DNA of 64,000 bases, from assembly GCA_964348455.1 (NCBI GenBank), contig CAYGCQ010000001.1, positions 58,450 through 122,449 on the forward strand, in the 5' to 3' direction. Shown here piece after piece: positions 46,319 through 55,860 of this stretch. This DNA comes from an uncultured Pseudomonadales bacterium. Its GTDB lineage: Bacteria > Patescibacteriota > Microgenomatia > UBA1400 > MFAQ01. The notes beneath the pieces are model-generated. The model was not told where the DNA came from, ran no database searches, and saw only the letters and a list, made by a program, of their open reading frames with translations. Made by a program: the position numbers and the translations under genes. Numbering within the stretch: position 1 is the stretch's first letter; every line of letters starts with the position of its first letter.

Positions 46319-48245
46319 AAGCAAAACTTTTATTTTTCTACTTCTAACCACCTTATTGGGTGGTGTTCTCAGATTTTGGAAATTGGCCGACTTCCCTGTA
46401 GCACCCAACTGGGATGAGGTGAGTCATGGAGTTAATGCCTACTCGATACTCTTGACCGGAAAAGATGAATGGGGAATTTCATTCCCTCATATTTTTCGAG
46501 CATTTGGTGACTACAAACTTCCTTTGTATATTTATCTCTCTACTATCCCAGTTTGGCTTTTTGGATTAAACGTATTTGCTGTGAGATTCATTTCTGCCTT
46601 AGCCGGAACTCTCGCCATCCCCGGAATTTACTTACTAACACGAGAACCCTTCACAAATAAAGACACATCAAAGGACTCACCTGTCATTCCCGACCAGATC
46701 GGGAATCTATATAAAGACCTTCCGCTCCTCTCTGCCCTCCTTCTTGCCATCTCTCCATGGCACTTCTTCATTTCTCGTCCCGCTCTGGAAGCCAATCTAT
46801 CACTTACCCTAATAATTTTCGGCTTTTATTTCTTATTACGATTTTTGAAGCAAAATCAACCTGTCATCCCGACCGCAGTGGAGGGATCTCAAACCACAAA
46901 AAAATCTTTATCTCGAAAGATTTCTCTTCTCCCCGCGGTCCTACTTCTTGGTCTTTCCCTCCACACTTACAACACCGCCCGCGTCTTCGTCCCATTAATG
47001 GTTATCACAACACTTTTAATCTATAAAGAAAAATTTCTATCTAACATTCGTCATTCCGGGCTTGACCCGGAATCCATCCGGAAACAAAAAAATTTAAATA
47101 GATTCCTAATCAGGGTCTCCCAGTCGCTACGATCGGGAATGACAAGTAATATTTTTGCACTGCTCCTGGTAGTTATTTTCTCCGGCCTCGTCATCTTTCA
47201 AGTCTTCGTTGGAGAGGGCACAGCCCGCTACGAAAAATTAAAGATTTTATCGCCAGCTGCCGTTTTTCAAATAGGGGAAAGTCGAGCTAATAGCCAGCTA
47301 GCACCTCTATTTGCCAAGCTGATTCATAATCGACCTGTTTTCTTTGTTGGCACCGCACTCAGAAATTACATAGGGTATTTCACTCCCGATTTTTTCTCTC
47401 AGAAATGGGGAGCCCAGTTCCAGTTTGCAATTCCGGATCAGAACCTTTTGACTCTTCCTGTATTCCTCTTGGCCTTTCTCGGCTTCTTCTCTTTCCTTAG
47501 ACGAATCAACCCCCTTACGAATCATAAAATCATAAGTCATTCCCGACCTGATCGGGAATCTATACAAATGAATTCCATCAAATCCTTTCAGTTTCTTTAT
47601 TCCTGGCTCTTACTATCCCCGATAGCAGCGTCTCTCACTATAGATCCACCACAAGCCCTTCGCCCAAATCCCATGATCCCAGCCCTGATCATTTTTGCTG
47701 CACTGGGTTTTTACCGGCTTTTAAGTCTCGTTGGGTCCAAATGGAAAACAACAATCTCTGTCCTTCTTGCCTTGTGGATATCTATTTCTTTCGGTTTTTA
47801 TCTCAAGAATTACTTCGGTGATTATTCTCAAAAGTATTCTTCTTCATGGCAACATAGCTACGCTGAAGTAATGGATTACGTTAAAGATCACCAATCTGAA
47901 TACGACAAAATTTTTATAACCAAGCGCTTAGGCGAACCTCACATTTTCTATGCTTTTTACACCAAGTTAAATCCGGAACTGCTTCAGCTAGGGGGTGACA
48001 ATATCCGTTTTGAGAAGTCTGACTGGTTCTGGACAGATAAGATAGATAACATCTATTTTGTAAACGATTGGCAAATCCCAACTACCGGTATAAAAACTCT
48101 GCCATTAGAAAGTGGCGGTCAAATTCCCACCCAGAGAAGTCTCCTTATAACTTCTCCGGAACATGTACCGGTCAACGCTCATGTCATAAAAACAGTCAAT
48201 TTCTTAGATGGTACTCCAGCGTTTATAATTACTTCTGTCCCATGA
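46287..48245 (+). CDS. ArnT/PMT-family membrane glycosyltransferase (tandem paralog 4) carrying five in-frame hairpin repeats
   Basis: WDEVSHGVNAYSILLTGKDEWGISFPHIFRAFGDYKLP...AVRFISALAGTL. 652 aa versus ~565 for the siblings. The excess is accounted for by repeats at 46683, 46863, 47050, 47101 (inverted) and 47536. Confidence 0.65.
   Translation: MNQYFMKSIFKSKTFIFLLLTTLLGGVLRFWKLADFPVAPNWDEVSHGVNAYSILLTGKDEWGISFPHIFRAFGDYKLPLYIYLSTIPVWLFGLNVFAVRFISALAGTLAIPGIYLLTREPFTNKDTSKDSPVIPDQIGNLYKDLPLLSALLLAISPWHFFISRPALEANLSLTLIIFGFYFLLRFLKQNQPVIPTAVEGSQTTKKSLSRKISLLPAVLLLGLSLHTYNTARVFVPLMVITTLLIYKEKFLSNIRHSGLDPESIRKQKNLNRFLIRVSQSLRSGMTSNIFALLLVVIFSGLVIFQVFVGEGTARYEKLKILSPAAVFQIGESRANSQLAPLFAKLIHNRPVFFVGTALRNYIGYFTPDFFSQKWGAQFQFAIPDQNLLTLPVFLLAFLGFFSFLRRINPLTNHKIISHSRPDRESIQMNSIKSFQFLYSWLLLSPIAASLTIDPPQALRPNPMIPALIIFAALGFYRLLSLVGSKWKTTISVLLALWISISFGFYLKNYFGDYSQKYSSSWQHSYAEVMDYVKDHQSEYDKIFITKRLGEPHIFYAFYTKLNPELLQLGGDNIRFEKSDWFWTDKIDNIYFVNDWQIPTTGIKTLPLESGGQIPTQRSLLITSPEHVPVNAHVIKTVNFLDGTPAFIITSVP
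46683..46715 (+). repeat. canonical repeat variant (loop ccaga), in-frame (VIPDQIGNLYKD)
   Basis: gtcattcccgaccagatcgggaatctatataaa. Confidence 0.9.
46863..46892 (+). repeat. short degenerate variant GTCATCCCGACCGCAGTGGAGGGATCTCA, in-frame
   Basis: Resembles the 5' part of 61321-61371. Confidence 0.6.
47050..47080 (+). repeat. type B repeat GTCATTCCGGGCTTGACCCGGAATCCATCCGG, in-frame (RHSGLDPESI)
   Basis: Read in frame b. Confidence 0.9.
47101..47143 (-). repeat. inverted-orientation copy of the long GATC-stem variant (gattcctaatcagggtctcccagtcgctacgatcgggaatgac), still in-frame
   Basis: Reverse complement is gtcattcccgatcgtagcgactgggagaccctgattaggaatc. One of only three minus-orientation copies in the window. 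Confidence 0.85.
47536..47570 (+). repeat. canonical 29-mer plus CAAATG tail inside CDS, frame b (SHSRPDRESIQMN)
   Basis: Identical to the promoter-proximal copies at 11798 and 1358. Followed by an in-frame ATG. Confidence 0.9.
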
Positions 48246-49966
48246 AGAAATACACCATACTGATTGTTGCTCTGGTTCTAGGTACATTCCTTCGGCTGTG
48301 GCAGTTGTCTGCAGTTCCAAATGGATTGACCTGGGACGAAGCAGCTATTGGCTACAATGCTTTTTCGATTCTAAAGACCGGTCGAGATGAGCATGGCGCA
48401 TTCTTACCACTTATCTTCAAAAGTTTTGGGGATTACAAGCCAGGCGCATATATTTACCTCACTGTTCCCTCAGTCGCTATATTTGGCTTGAATGAATTCG
48501 CTGTGCGCTTTCCATCTGCTCTTGCCGGCATTCTGGGCATATTGGGCATTTACCTTCTCACCAATGAAATATTCTCAAATAAGTCTAAATCAAAATCAAA
48601 ATCAAAAAACAATGTCATTCCCGACCTGATCGGGAATCTATATAAATCAAATTCAACTTTTAATTTAGGGTCTTTCGCCGCTCTTGCCTTCGCCATTTCT
48701 CCCTGGTCTGTTCACTTTAGCCATGGATCTTGGGAGGTGAATGTTTTCTCCACTTTGACAATTTTTGCACTCTACTACTTCTTGAGATTTATAAAAAATA
48801 AATCATCTCTATACCCATCACTTCTTTTGGCTTGTTTGTCACTGGCCATGTATCAAGCTGCCAAGCTTCTTACACCTCTAGTATTCCTTCTATTTGTCAT
48901 AATTTACTGGAAAGAATTTTGGTTGGAATTTAAGAAATATCTCAATCCAAGAAAACTGTTATTAGTATTACCCTTTGTACTATTTGGCTTATTTATCTTT
49001 TTTGGATCTATCTTTGGTAGTGCTGGTAATAGACTTAGTACTCTTAGTATCTTTAACTACAAGCCAAATCTCGCAGAAAAAGCACTGCCAATAGACGGGC
49101 CAAATTCATTTGCTACTCCCATATTTCATAATCAGACCCAGTTGTCCACCTCACTAGTGATCTCCCGCTACATCTATCATTTTTCTCCGGAAGTCCTACT
49201 TTATGAGGGTCCGATAATCTCTGAAAGGGGACACATCCCTGGCCTTGGAGTTTTGAACCCTCTCGAATTTATTTGGCTTGTGTTTGGATTCATCTGGCTC
49301 GCTCGTCAAATTTTTCCAGGCAGTCATGACTCACCAAGTAAGCCCACTCTTTTAATCCTTGGACTATTGTTTATCGCCCCGATACCCGCTTCGCTGACTT
49401 TGGCCGAATTTTCAACCGTTCGCGCGCTATTTATGTTAGTTCCACTTGCCATAATTTCCGGTATTGGTATGGCCTATTCGATTCAGCAATTAAAATACTT
49501 TGCAGTTCCCATAGTTATCTTGTATGGTTTGGTCACCGTTTACACTTTTGATGTCTACTTTTTTCACAGCCAAACAGCTTTTGCAAAAGAATTTAATTAT
49601 GGATACAAACAAGTAGTTGGATTAATCAAAGAAAATCCAACCAAAAGAGTTGTGTTTACTGATGTCTTCGGTCAGCCATATATTTATTATCTCTTTTATA
49701 CCGCTTACGATCCCGATACATATCAAAAAAACAATGGCTTTATAGACGGAGGACTTGATGTGGGAAAAGTTGATAAAGTCGCCAACGTAGAGTTCCATCA
49801 ATTTAATTCCGATGACATGAATACTGGTAAGGACACTCTCTTTATCGGGAGTGAGGGTAATATCAATAACCAGTTCGACATAGCCGGGTCAAACGTGTCT
49901 CTTTTTCGCCAATTTGAAACTCCTGATCTAAAAATCTTATTTAGAGTCATTAAAACTAAACAATGA
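48242..49966 (+). CDS. ArnT/PMT-family membrane glycosyltransferase (tandem paralog 5)
   Basis: TWDEAAIGYNAFSILKTGRDEHGAFLPLIFKSFGDYKPG...AVRFPSALAGIL. The start MKKYTILIVAL overlaps the upstream stop. Carries a KSKSKSKSK low-complexity run and a repeat at 48614. Confidence 0.7.
   Translation: MKKYTILIVALVLGTFLRLWQLSAVPNGLTWDEAAIGYNAFSILKTGRDEHGAFLPLIFKSFGDYKPGAYIYLTVPSVAIFGLNEFAVRFPSALAGILGILGIYLLTNEIFSNKSKSKSKSKNNVIPDLIGNLYKSNSTFNLGSFAALAFAISPWSVHFSHGSWEVNVFSTLTIFALYYFLRFIKNKSSLYPSLLLACLSLAMYQAAKLLTPLVFLLFVIIYWKEFWLEFKKYLNPRKLLLVLPFVLFGLFIFFGSIFGSAGNRLSTLSIFNYKPNLAEKALPIDGPNSFATPIFHNQTQLSTSLVISRYIYHFSPEVLLYEGPIISERGHIPGLGVLNPLEFIWLVFGFIWLARQIFPGSHDSPSKPTLLILGLLFIAPIPASLTLAEFSTVRALFMLVPLAIISGIGMAYSIQQLKYFAVPIVILYGLVTVYTFDVYFFHSQTAFAKEFNYGYKQVVGLIKENPTKRVVFTDVFGQPYIYYLFYTAYDPDTYQKNNGFIDGGLDVGKVDKVANVEFHQFNSDDMNTGKDTLFIGSEGNINNQFDIAGSNVSLFRQFETPDLKILFRVIKTKQ
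48614..48645 (+). repeat. canonical repeat, in-frame (VIPDLIGNLYKS)
   Basis: gtcattcccgacctgatcgggaatctatataaa. Confidence 0.9.
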
Positions 49967-51813
49967 AATCAACTGTCATTCCGGGCTTGACCCGGAATCT
50001 ATACAAATTTATTCCTATTATTCTTGTCTTGCTATTAGCTGCCTTTCTAAGATTAATCTCTCTGGACAAATTTCCGGCTGGTTTAAACGCAGATGAAGCC
50101 GCGATTGGGTACAACGCTTGGTCTTTGATCCAGACAGGTAAAGATGAACATTCTATGTCTTGGCCATTAGTATTTAGATCTTTCGATGACTACAAGCCTC
50201 CAGTTTATTTTTATCTTGTCCTCCCATTCGTAAAATTTTTAGGACTGAATGTCTGGTCTGTCCGTCTTCCCTCAGCACTAGACGGTATTGCCTCTGTCTA
50301 CCTCCTTTACTTAGTTGTCATTCTTTTATTCAAAAAAACAAATTCCACTAACAATCATGTCATCCTCGCGAAGGCGGGGATCCATCCGGATCACAATTCT
50401 TCTGATTTAGAATGTGACACAAAGACATATCGATTTGCCCTCCTCTCCGCCCTCCTTCTCGCTATTTCTCCTTGGCATCTTCAGTTCTCTCGGGGAGGAT
50501 GGGAGGTAAACGCAGCACTCTTTTTTATCCTTTTGGGGATTTGGTCTTTCTTCAAGGGCTTGGAAAAGCCAAAATATTTTTATCTCTTTGTCATTTCTAT
50601 GGCCGTCAGCCTCTACACATATCACTCCGCCCGCATCATCTCTCCCTTACTTGCCCTCACTCTCGTCATCCTCTTCTGGAAACAACTCTTCCCAATATCA
50701 TTACCCAAAGTCCATCGTGTCATTCCCGACCTGATCGGGAATCTATATAAATCTACCGCTTCAAAAACCTGTCTCATCGCCTGTCTTCTCGGCCTCCTCC
50801 TCTCCCTCCCTCTCGCCGGCCAGCTTCTATCCAAAGAAGGTCAATCGCGTTTTTCAGGAGTTTCTGTTTTTTCAGATACCGGTCCACTCTGGCAAGCACT
50901 GGAACAGCGTAGAGCTCACACCCCTGAAACTATTTTTATCAAATCTATTCACAACCAATATCTTTCCTACGGACTAAGATTTGTCAAAAATTATTTATCT
51001 CACTTTTCACCACGCTTTCTATTTGTTACCGGAGACGAGATTGCTCGTAGTAAAGTGCCTGGTATGGGGCAGACTTATTTGTTCTTGATACCATTTTATT
51101 TTCTAGGACTTTACTCCTTACTGAAACTAGATTCGAAGGGTAAAAAACTTATTTTTATTTGGTTCTTGATAGCGCCATTGGCTGCTGCTCTAACTTTTCA
51201 GTCACCTCATGCCCTACGCTCTCAGAACATGGTAGTGCCTCTATCGGTAATCTCTGCGCTTGGACTTTCAGTATTTATAAACCTGCTTCTAAGAGTAAAT
51301 AAGAAATGGCTCACTATTACGATTTCAACTTTACTATTTCTTTCTGGCACCTACTCCGTCGCTCGGTATCTACATCTATACTATGTTCATTACCCCAAAG
51401 AGCTCCCCTTTGCTTGGCAATTCGGTTTTGATCAAGTCGCTGCTTATACCAACGACAACTATGATAATTATGACCGTATCTTAATTTCCGATCGTTATGA
51501 TCAGCCCTACATACTTATGGCCTTTTTCCTAAAATATCCACCTGAAGTGCTCCAAAAAGAACTTGTCATGACCCCTCGCGATAAGTTTGGTTTCTCCACG
51601 GTCAGAAAGTTCGGAAAGTTTGAATTCCGATCAATTGACTATGGTCAAGATAAGTTGCTTCCAAATACCCTTATAATGGCCGCAGACGAGGCCGTCGATG
51701 ATGAAGCCGTAATCCATATTATCAACGACCCCGCCGGAATCCCAATGTACAAATTCATCTCGACAGAACCTGTTTTAAAAATTGATCTACCTATCACTGC
51801 CAAAGAAAAATAA
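49963..51813 (+). CDS. ArnT/PMT-family membrane glycosyltransferase (tandem paralog 6) carrying three in-frame repeats
   Basis: NADEAAIGYNAWSLIQTGKDEHSMSWPLVFRSFDDYKPP...SVRLPSALDGIA. Repeats at 49975 (N-terminus, MKSTVIPGLTRNLYKF), 50359 (VILAKAGIHP) and 50719 (VIPDLIGNLYKS). Confidence 0.7.
   Translation: MKSTVIPGLTRNLYKFIPIILVLLLAAFLRLISLDKFPAGLNADEAAIGYNAWSLIQTGKDEHSMSWPLVFRSFDDYKPPVYFYLVLPFVKFLGLNVWSVRLPSALDGIASVYLLYLVVILLFKKTNSTNNHVILAKAGIHPDHNSSDLECDTKTYRFALLSALLLAISPWHLQFSRGGWEVNAALFFILLGIWSFFKGLEKPKYFYLFVISMAVSLYTYHSARIISPLLALTLVILFWKQLFPISLPKVHRVIPDLIGNLYKSTASKTCLIACLLGLLLSLPLAGQLLSKEGQSRFSGVSVFSDTGPLWQALEQRRAHTPETIFIKSIHNQYLSYGLRFVKNYLSHFSPRFLFVTGDEIARSKVPGMGQTYLFLIPFYFLGLYSLLKLDSKGKKLIFIWFLIAPLAAALTFQSPHALRSQNMVVPLSVISALGLSVFINLLLRVNKKWLTITISTLLFLSGTYSVARYLHLYYVHYPKELPFAWQFGFDQVAAYTNDNYDNYDRILISDRYDQPYILMAFFLKYPPEVLQKELVMTPRDKFGFSTVRKFGKFEFRSIDYGQDKLLPNTLIMAADEAVDDEAVIHIINDPAGIPMYKFISTEPVLKIDLPITAKEK
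49975..50006 (+). repeat. type B repeat 12 nt after the annotated ATG, in-frame
   Basis: gtcattccgggcttgacccggaatctatacaaa. Confidence 0.9.
50359..50389 (+). repeat. type E repeat GTCATCCTCGCGAAGGCGGGGATCCATCCGG, in-frame
   Basis: T-G wobble position conserved. Confidence 0.9.
50719..50750 (+). repeat. canonical repeat, in-frame (VIPDLIGNLYKS)
   Basis: Exact 29-mer plus TATAAA. Confidence 0.9.
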
Positions 51814-51815
51814 AC

Positions 51816-52088
51816 GTCATTCCTGCGCAGGAATGACGCTGGTACCCGAAGGGGGAAATCCATCAAATCAATTTCATCCCCTTTCGTCATTGCGAGTTTC
51901 GTAACCGATCCCAGAGTCGCCTCAGGAGACACCGAAGCAATCTCACTCCACCCTTGTCATTCTGAACTTGATTCAGAATCCATCCCCTCATCTCACACAA
52001 ACAATCTCACTCCACACACCACACCACACGTCATGGGGTTAATCCGCCGTGGCGGAAGTTTTGGTATTCCGAACCGAAGCAATCTATA
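51816..52088 (+). repeat. intergenic array of 4 hairpin-repeat variants with CA-rich spacers
   Basis: Starts with the perfect 22-nt palindrome GTCATTCCTGCGCAGGAATGAC (51816-51837), extended by gctggtacccgaagggggaaatcca. Type D long unit at 51886-51946. GTCATTCTGAACTTGATTCAGAATCCATCCC at 51956-51986. A GTCATGGGGTTAATCCGCCGTGGCGGAAG... unit ending AAGCAATCTATAAT at about 52029-52088. Confidence 0.9.
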
Positions 52089-52101
52089 ATATAAATATTC
52101 A

Positions 52102-52983
52102 ATGAAAGCCACTCGTCAAACAATCTCCGTCACTATGGCCTCGTACAACAACGAGGATAGTATTGCCGACACTCTCAATTCCGTCAAAGGCTGGGTTGAT
52201 GAGATCATCGTAGTCGATGGCACCTCTTCCGACAAGACTGCAGAGATTGCCAAGAAAATGGGAGCCAGGGTCATGATAAGAGAGAACAACCCTATCTTCC
52301 ACATTCAAAAGAGAATAGCAAATGATGCTGCCAAATCGGACTGGATTCTTCAACTCGACACAGACGAAGTGGTAACTCCTGAAATGAAAAAAGAAATTAT
52401 TGGTATCCTGGAAGGCCGATACTTCGGTTATAACTGGTGGATCTCACCTCTTAAACTTTCGTTAAATAAAATTTATAAAATCTTCCCCGAACCAAAACTT
52501 TTGCATTCACCTGCATCAGCCTACTGGTTACCACGCAAAAATTATTTTCTCAAAGGCACTCTGATGCACTCCGGCCAATATCCAGATCCGGTAATTAGAT
52601 TATTTCAAAAAGGAAAGGCCGAGCTGCCGGGCAAAGATGTCCACGAACAAATGGTAGTTAAAGGCGTTACTGGCTGGTTGAGGTCAAATCTCGATCACTT
52701 TGGAACCCCAAACTTTTCCAGATACCTTATCAGAGAAGATCGCTACTCAAGTTTGAACGCCCATCAGCTGAAAGAAAAAGGTCTAAAAATAAACATCTTG
52801 AATACGATAAATTATTTATTCTTCAAGCCTCTTGGAACTTTTTGCAGTCTATACTTCCGTTACCGGGGTTTCTTGGATGGCTTTCCTGGTTTTGTTTTTG
52901 CTCTCTACTCCGGACTTCATCACGCTTTCTCATACATGAAACTCTGGGAATTATATAAAGACATTGACTATGGAACCCATTAA
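52102..52983 (+). CDS. GT2 glycosyltransferase
   Basis: ISVTMASYNNEDSI, IIVVDGTSSDKT and ILQLDTDEVVTPEM motifs. Paralogous to 23005 and 25222. Confidence 0.7.
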   Translation: MKATRQTISVTMASYNNEDSIADTLNSVKGWVDEIIVVDGTSSDKTAEIAKKMGARVMIRENNPIFHIQKRIANDAAKSDWILQLDTDEVVTPEMKKEIIGILEGRYFGYNWWISPLKLSLNKIYKIFPEPKLLHSPASAYWLPRKNYFLKGTLMHSGQYPDPVIRLFQKGKAELPGKDVHEQMVVKGVTGWLRSNLDHFGTPNFSRYLIREDRYSSLNAHQLKEKGLKINILNTINYLFFKPLGTFCSLYFRYRGFLDGFPGFVFALYSGLHHAFSYMKLWELYKDIDYGTH

Positions 52984-53986
52984 AGTATTTATTAACAGCG
53001 GTGGCCACTCTGCCGGAAGAGGAGTCGGGGTCTATGCCGACAATCTCTCCAAGTCACTAACTAAGTTTCCGGAAATTATATTAACGGATAAAAATCCGGA
53101 CATTATTCACTACCCATTCTTTGATCTTTTTTATCCTACTCTCAAAATAAAAAAAGAAAAACCAACTGTAGTAACCATTCACGATCTTACACCTCTGGTA
53201 ATGTCGGATAGATATCCAAGAGGCGTCATGGGTACCATTAATCTGCTTAGGCAGTGGTATTCACTTCGCTCTGTCGCTGCCATTATCACCGATTCAAATA
53301 ATTCGAAGCAGGATATCGAGAAATATTTTAGAATTTCCCCGGAAAAAATATTCGTCACCCCTCTTGCAGTAGGGGATAGTTACAAGGTTAAACCAAGCCC
53401 TGCCAAGATTGCCGAGGTGAAAAAGAAATACAACTTGCCGAACAAATTTGTCTTCACCATTTCTTCTGGTCCGAACCCAAACAAGAATCTACCATCACTG
53501 GCTGAGGTAACTGATCGACTAGGTGTCCCCCTCGTAATTGTTGGAAAAAACATGATTCAGGAAATAGTAAAGCCTGTTCACCCAGAGCTAATCGACCTCG
53601 TAAGGCTTCAGGTGTATAACCACATTAATATTCTAGGAGCCATTCCAAACGAAGACGTAAACGCCATATTCCACCTCGCCTCTCTTTACGTTCAACCATC
53701 TTACTACGAAGGGTTTGGCTTACCACTACTGGAAGCCATGACAAAAGGCTGTTTAATAGCTTCTTCAAACACTTCCAGCTCTCCTGAGATCTATCATGAG
53801 GGGGCCATCACCTTCAATCCCCGAAAATTAAAATCCATGGAGAAAGCGATTCAAAAAGCACTCAGTCTTTCGCCAAAACAAAAAGCCCACCAAATTGAAA
53901 TGGCAAGAGAGCGCTCCAGAGACTTTACCTGGGCCAAAACCGCCAAACAAACTCTCGAAGTCTACAAAAAGGTAGGCTCTCTATAA
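52964..53986 (+). CDS. GT4 (GT-B fold) glycosyltransferase
   Basis: YYEGFGLPLLEAMTKGCLIASSNTSSSPEI donor-binding motif. Confidence 0.7.
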   Translation: MTMEPIKVFINSGGHSAGRGVGVYADNLSKSLTKFPEIILTDKNPDIIHYPFFDLFYPTLKIKKEKPTVVTIHDLTPLVMSDRYPRGVMGTINLLRQWYSLRSVAAIITDSNNSKQDIEKYFRISPEKIFVTPLAVGDSYKVKPSPAKIAEVKKKYNLPNKFVFTISSGPNPNKNLPSLAEVTDRLGVPLVIVGKNMIQEIVKPVHPELIDLVRLQVYNHINILGAIPNEDVNAIFHLASLYVQPSYYEGFGLPLLEAMTKGCLIASSNTSSSPEIYHEGAITFNPRKLKSMEKAIQKALSLSPKQKAHQIEMARERSRDFTWAKTAKQTLEVYKKVGSL

Positions 53987-55552
53987 TTTTCTTGCCAGAG
54001 TAAAATACTCAAAAAACTTTTGATATGCAGGAGTTCCTTTGTTGGGGTTGGGATCACTTAAAAATTTGTACGCCAAGTTTCGATATATTCTAACCTCAGA
54101 TGGAGTGATGATTTCAGAAAGTTGCTTTGCTGTTCGTTCAATAATAAAGTTAATTTCAGTTTTAAGAATCAATTTCTCAACGTCTATAGCTTCATCATCG
54201 TGTGATCCGAATTTCACAATATCTATTCCATATCTTGCCATTTCCATAATTATTTCTTCATGGTGTGGATCTTCTATTGATACAAAACGTGGCCAGCCGA
54301 GAACAATTTCTAGACTATTTCCAGAGTCTTCGGCCTTCTTATATTCTAAGTAAATATGGGTCAAGTCATTATACTTTCTGGGTTCATCTGCTAAATATCT
54401 AAAGAGTTTAGCTCTTTCCCCGGTTGGATTTCTGATAGATTCAATCTCCCAACCATACCAAACATCATGGTGGTGAATATCATTTCTACCACCGTCGTTG
54501 TTGTAAGATCGTTCAGGGTCAAACTCGAGATTTGGTCGAATGATCATTATTGGGGTTTCCTTGTTGATTGATGGATTTTTCATTATTAACCCTCTAAACT
54601 CAACAGCTTCTGACGGATACTCTTCCAGCCTCTGTTTCATATACTGCATATCTTCTTCAAAAAATTTTCTTGCAAGCATGACAGCTTCTAGGTCTGAAAT
54701 GATCTCTTTTTGACTTGGTCTTTCTTTCGATTTTTGCACTCCAATCTCTAACTTAAAATTTGATTCCAGCATGCTACTGTCAAACCATGTCTTCTCAAAT
54801 GAATTATCTGAATCATCGGGGTATTCGCGGTTAACTCTGTCTATGGGACCATAATAATCTAGCTCATCAAAGTCAGTATGATTTTTGATATCTAGGGGGT
54901 AATAATATGTCTTAGCTTCGTTAAGGTTACCGGTTGAAAATAGCTGCGTAAACTCTCTTACTTTATTTGCTAATTTGCTGGTAAAAACATCTTTGCTTGC
55001 AGCTACTAATGAGTGGATATGTGCAAGCTCTCTAGGATCCAGAAATACAGTTACCTTTATCATATTAAACAAGTCCATCCTTGCCAGCTCCGCTGTTCTG
55101 TTATCTACATCCTCATATTTTTCTATTAGCTTGATGATCTGCTCAATTGCCTTTTTTATATTTCCGACTGTTATTTCATTCGGAAGATTAGAGGATTCCT
55201 CTGAAATCGACAGCAAGCTTTCAATTACATCAGATTTGCAACTTCGGTCAGTGGATTGAATAATGCTCGGTTCAGAGATAATTTTGGCAAGCAAAGAAAC
55301 ATCTTCTCCTTTCCATTGTTTTTCTAGTACTCGTAATATGCTTAGCTTCTCAGTAGAGGAGTTTATTGTCAGGATGTTTTCAGTCATTGCCTCCTTCCAA
55401 TTATCTCCTAAGATATTTTTTGCTTTGTTAGCGAGCCTTATCTTTTCTTCAGAGTCAAGATAGCCAACTTGATATATTTCTTGGAATAATAGATCAGTTT
55501 CGGACAGTATTCCTTCATTCACATTTGATAATATTTTGTCAGAATCAATCAT
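53981..55552 (-). CDS. hypothetical soluble protein (523 aa), no recognisable domain
   Basis: Long uninterrupted minus-strand ORF with Glu/Lys-rich composition. Convergent with the upstream + strand genes. Confidence 0.5.
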   Translation of the reverse strand: MIDSDKILSNVNEGILSETDLLFQEIYQVGYLDSEEKIRLANKAKNILGDNWKEAMTENILTINSSTEKLSILRVLEKQWKGEDVSLLAKIISEPSIIQSTDRSCKSDVIESLLSISEESSNLPNEITVGNIKKAIEQIIKLIEKYEDVDNRTAELARMDLFNMIKVTVFLDPRELAHIHSLVAASKDVFTSKLANKVREFTQLFSTGNLNEAKTYYYPLDIKNHTDFDELDYYGPIDRVNREYPDDSDNSFEKTWFDSSMLESNFKLEIGVQKSKERPSQKEIISDLEAVMLARKFFEEDMQYMKQRLEEYPSEAVEFRGLIMKNPSINKETPIMIIRPNLEFDPERSYNNDGGRNDIHHHDVWYGWEIESIRNPTGERAKLFRYLADEPRKYNDLTHIYLEYKKAEDSGNSLEIVLGWPRFVSIEDPHHEEIIMEMARYGIDIVKFGSHDDEAIDVEKLILKTEINFIIERTAKQLSEIITPSEVRIYRNLAYKFLSDPNPNKGTPAYQKFFEYFTLARKL

Positions 55553-55559
55553 TTCCTAA

Positions 55560-55802
55560 TTAGATCATAGTGGAGCGATAGACACAATAAGTTGAGCCAT
55601 AGTTTTCGATATCTATGTTTCTAATAGAAGTTGTTCTTTCTGTGATATTATTGGTTTCTTCCTGTAGGATAAATTCTTCAAGATTAATATACTCTAAATC
55701 TTCCTCAAAAAACCTCACAGATATCCTTGTCGCTTCCTCAGTAGCGATAATCTTTTCAGTATCATGAGCTACAGCCATTTCCTCTTGTAGATAATCTAGC
55801 AT
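55560..55802 (-). CDS. hypothetical small protein
   Basis: 80-aa ORF directly downstream of the 523-aa ORF on the same strand. Confidence 0.3.
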   Translation of the reverse strand: MLDYLQEEMAVAHDTEKIIATEEATRISVRFFEEDLEYINLEEFILQEETNNITERTTSIRNIDIENYGSTYCVYRSTMI

Positions 55803-55860
55803 AGTTGAATATTACTACACCGCAAACTTGGAAGCGAAATTGATATAATCATCCTTACCC

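Noticed and set aside
53981-55552. Possible phage or toxin function for the 523-aa minus-strand hypothetical
   Set aside because: No nuclease, ATPase or other motif was recognisable. Nothing supports a specific call beyond a hypothetical protein.
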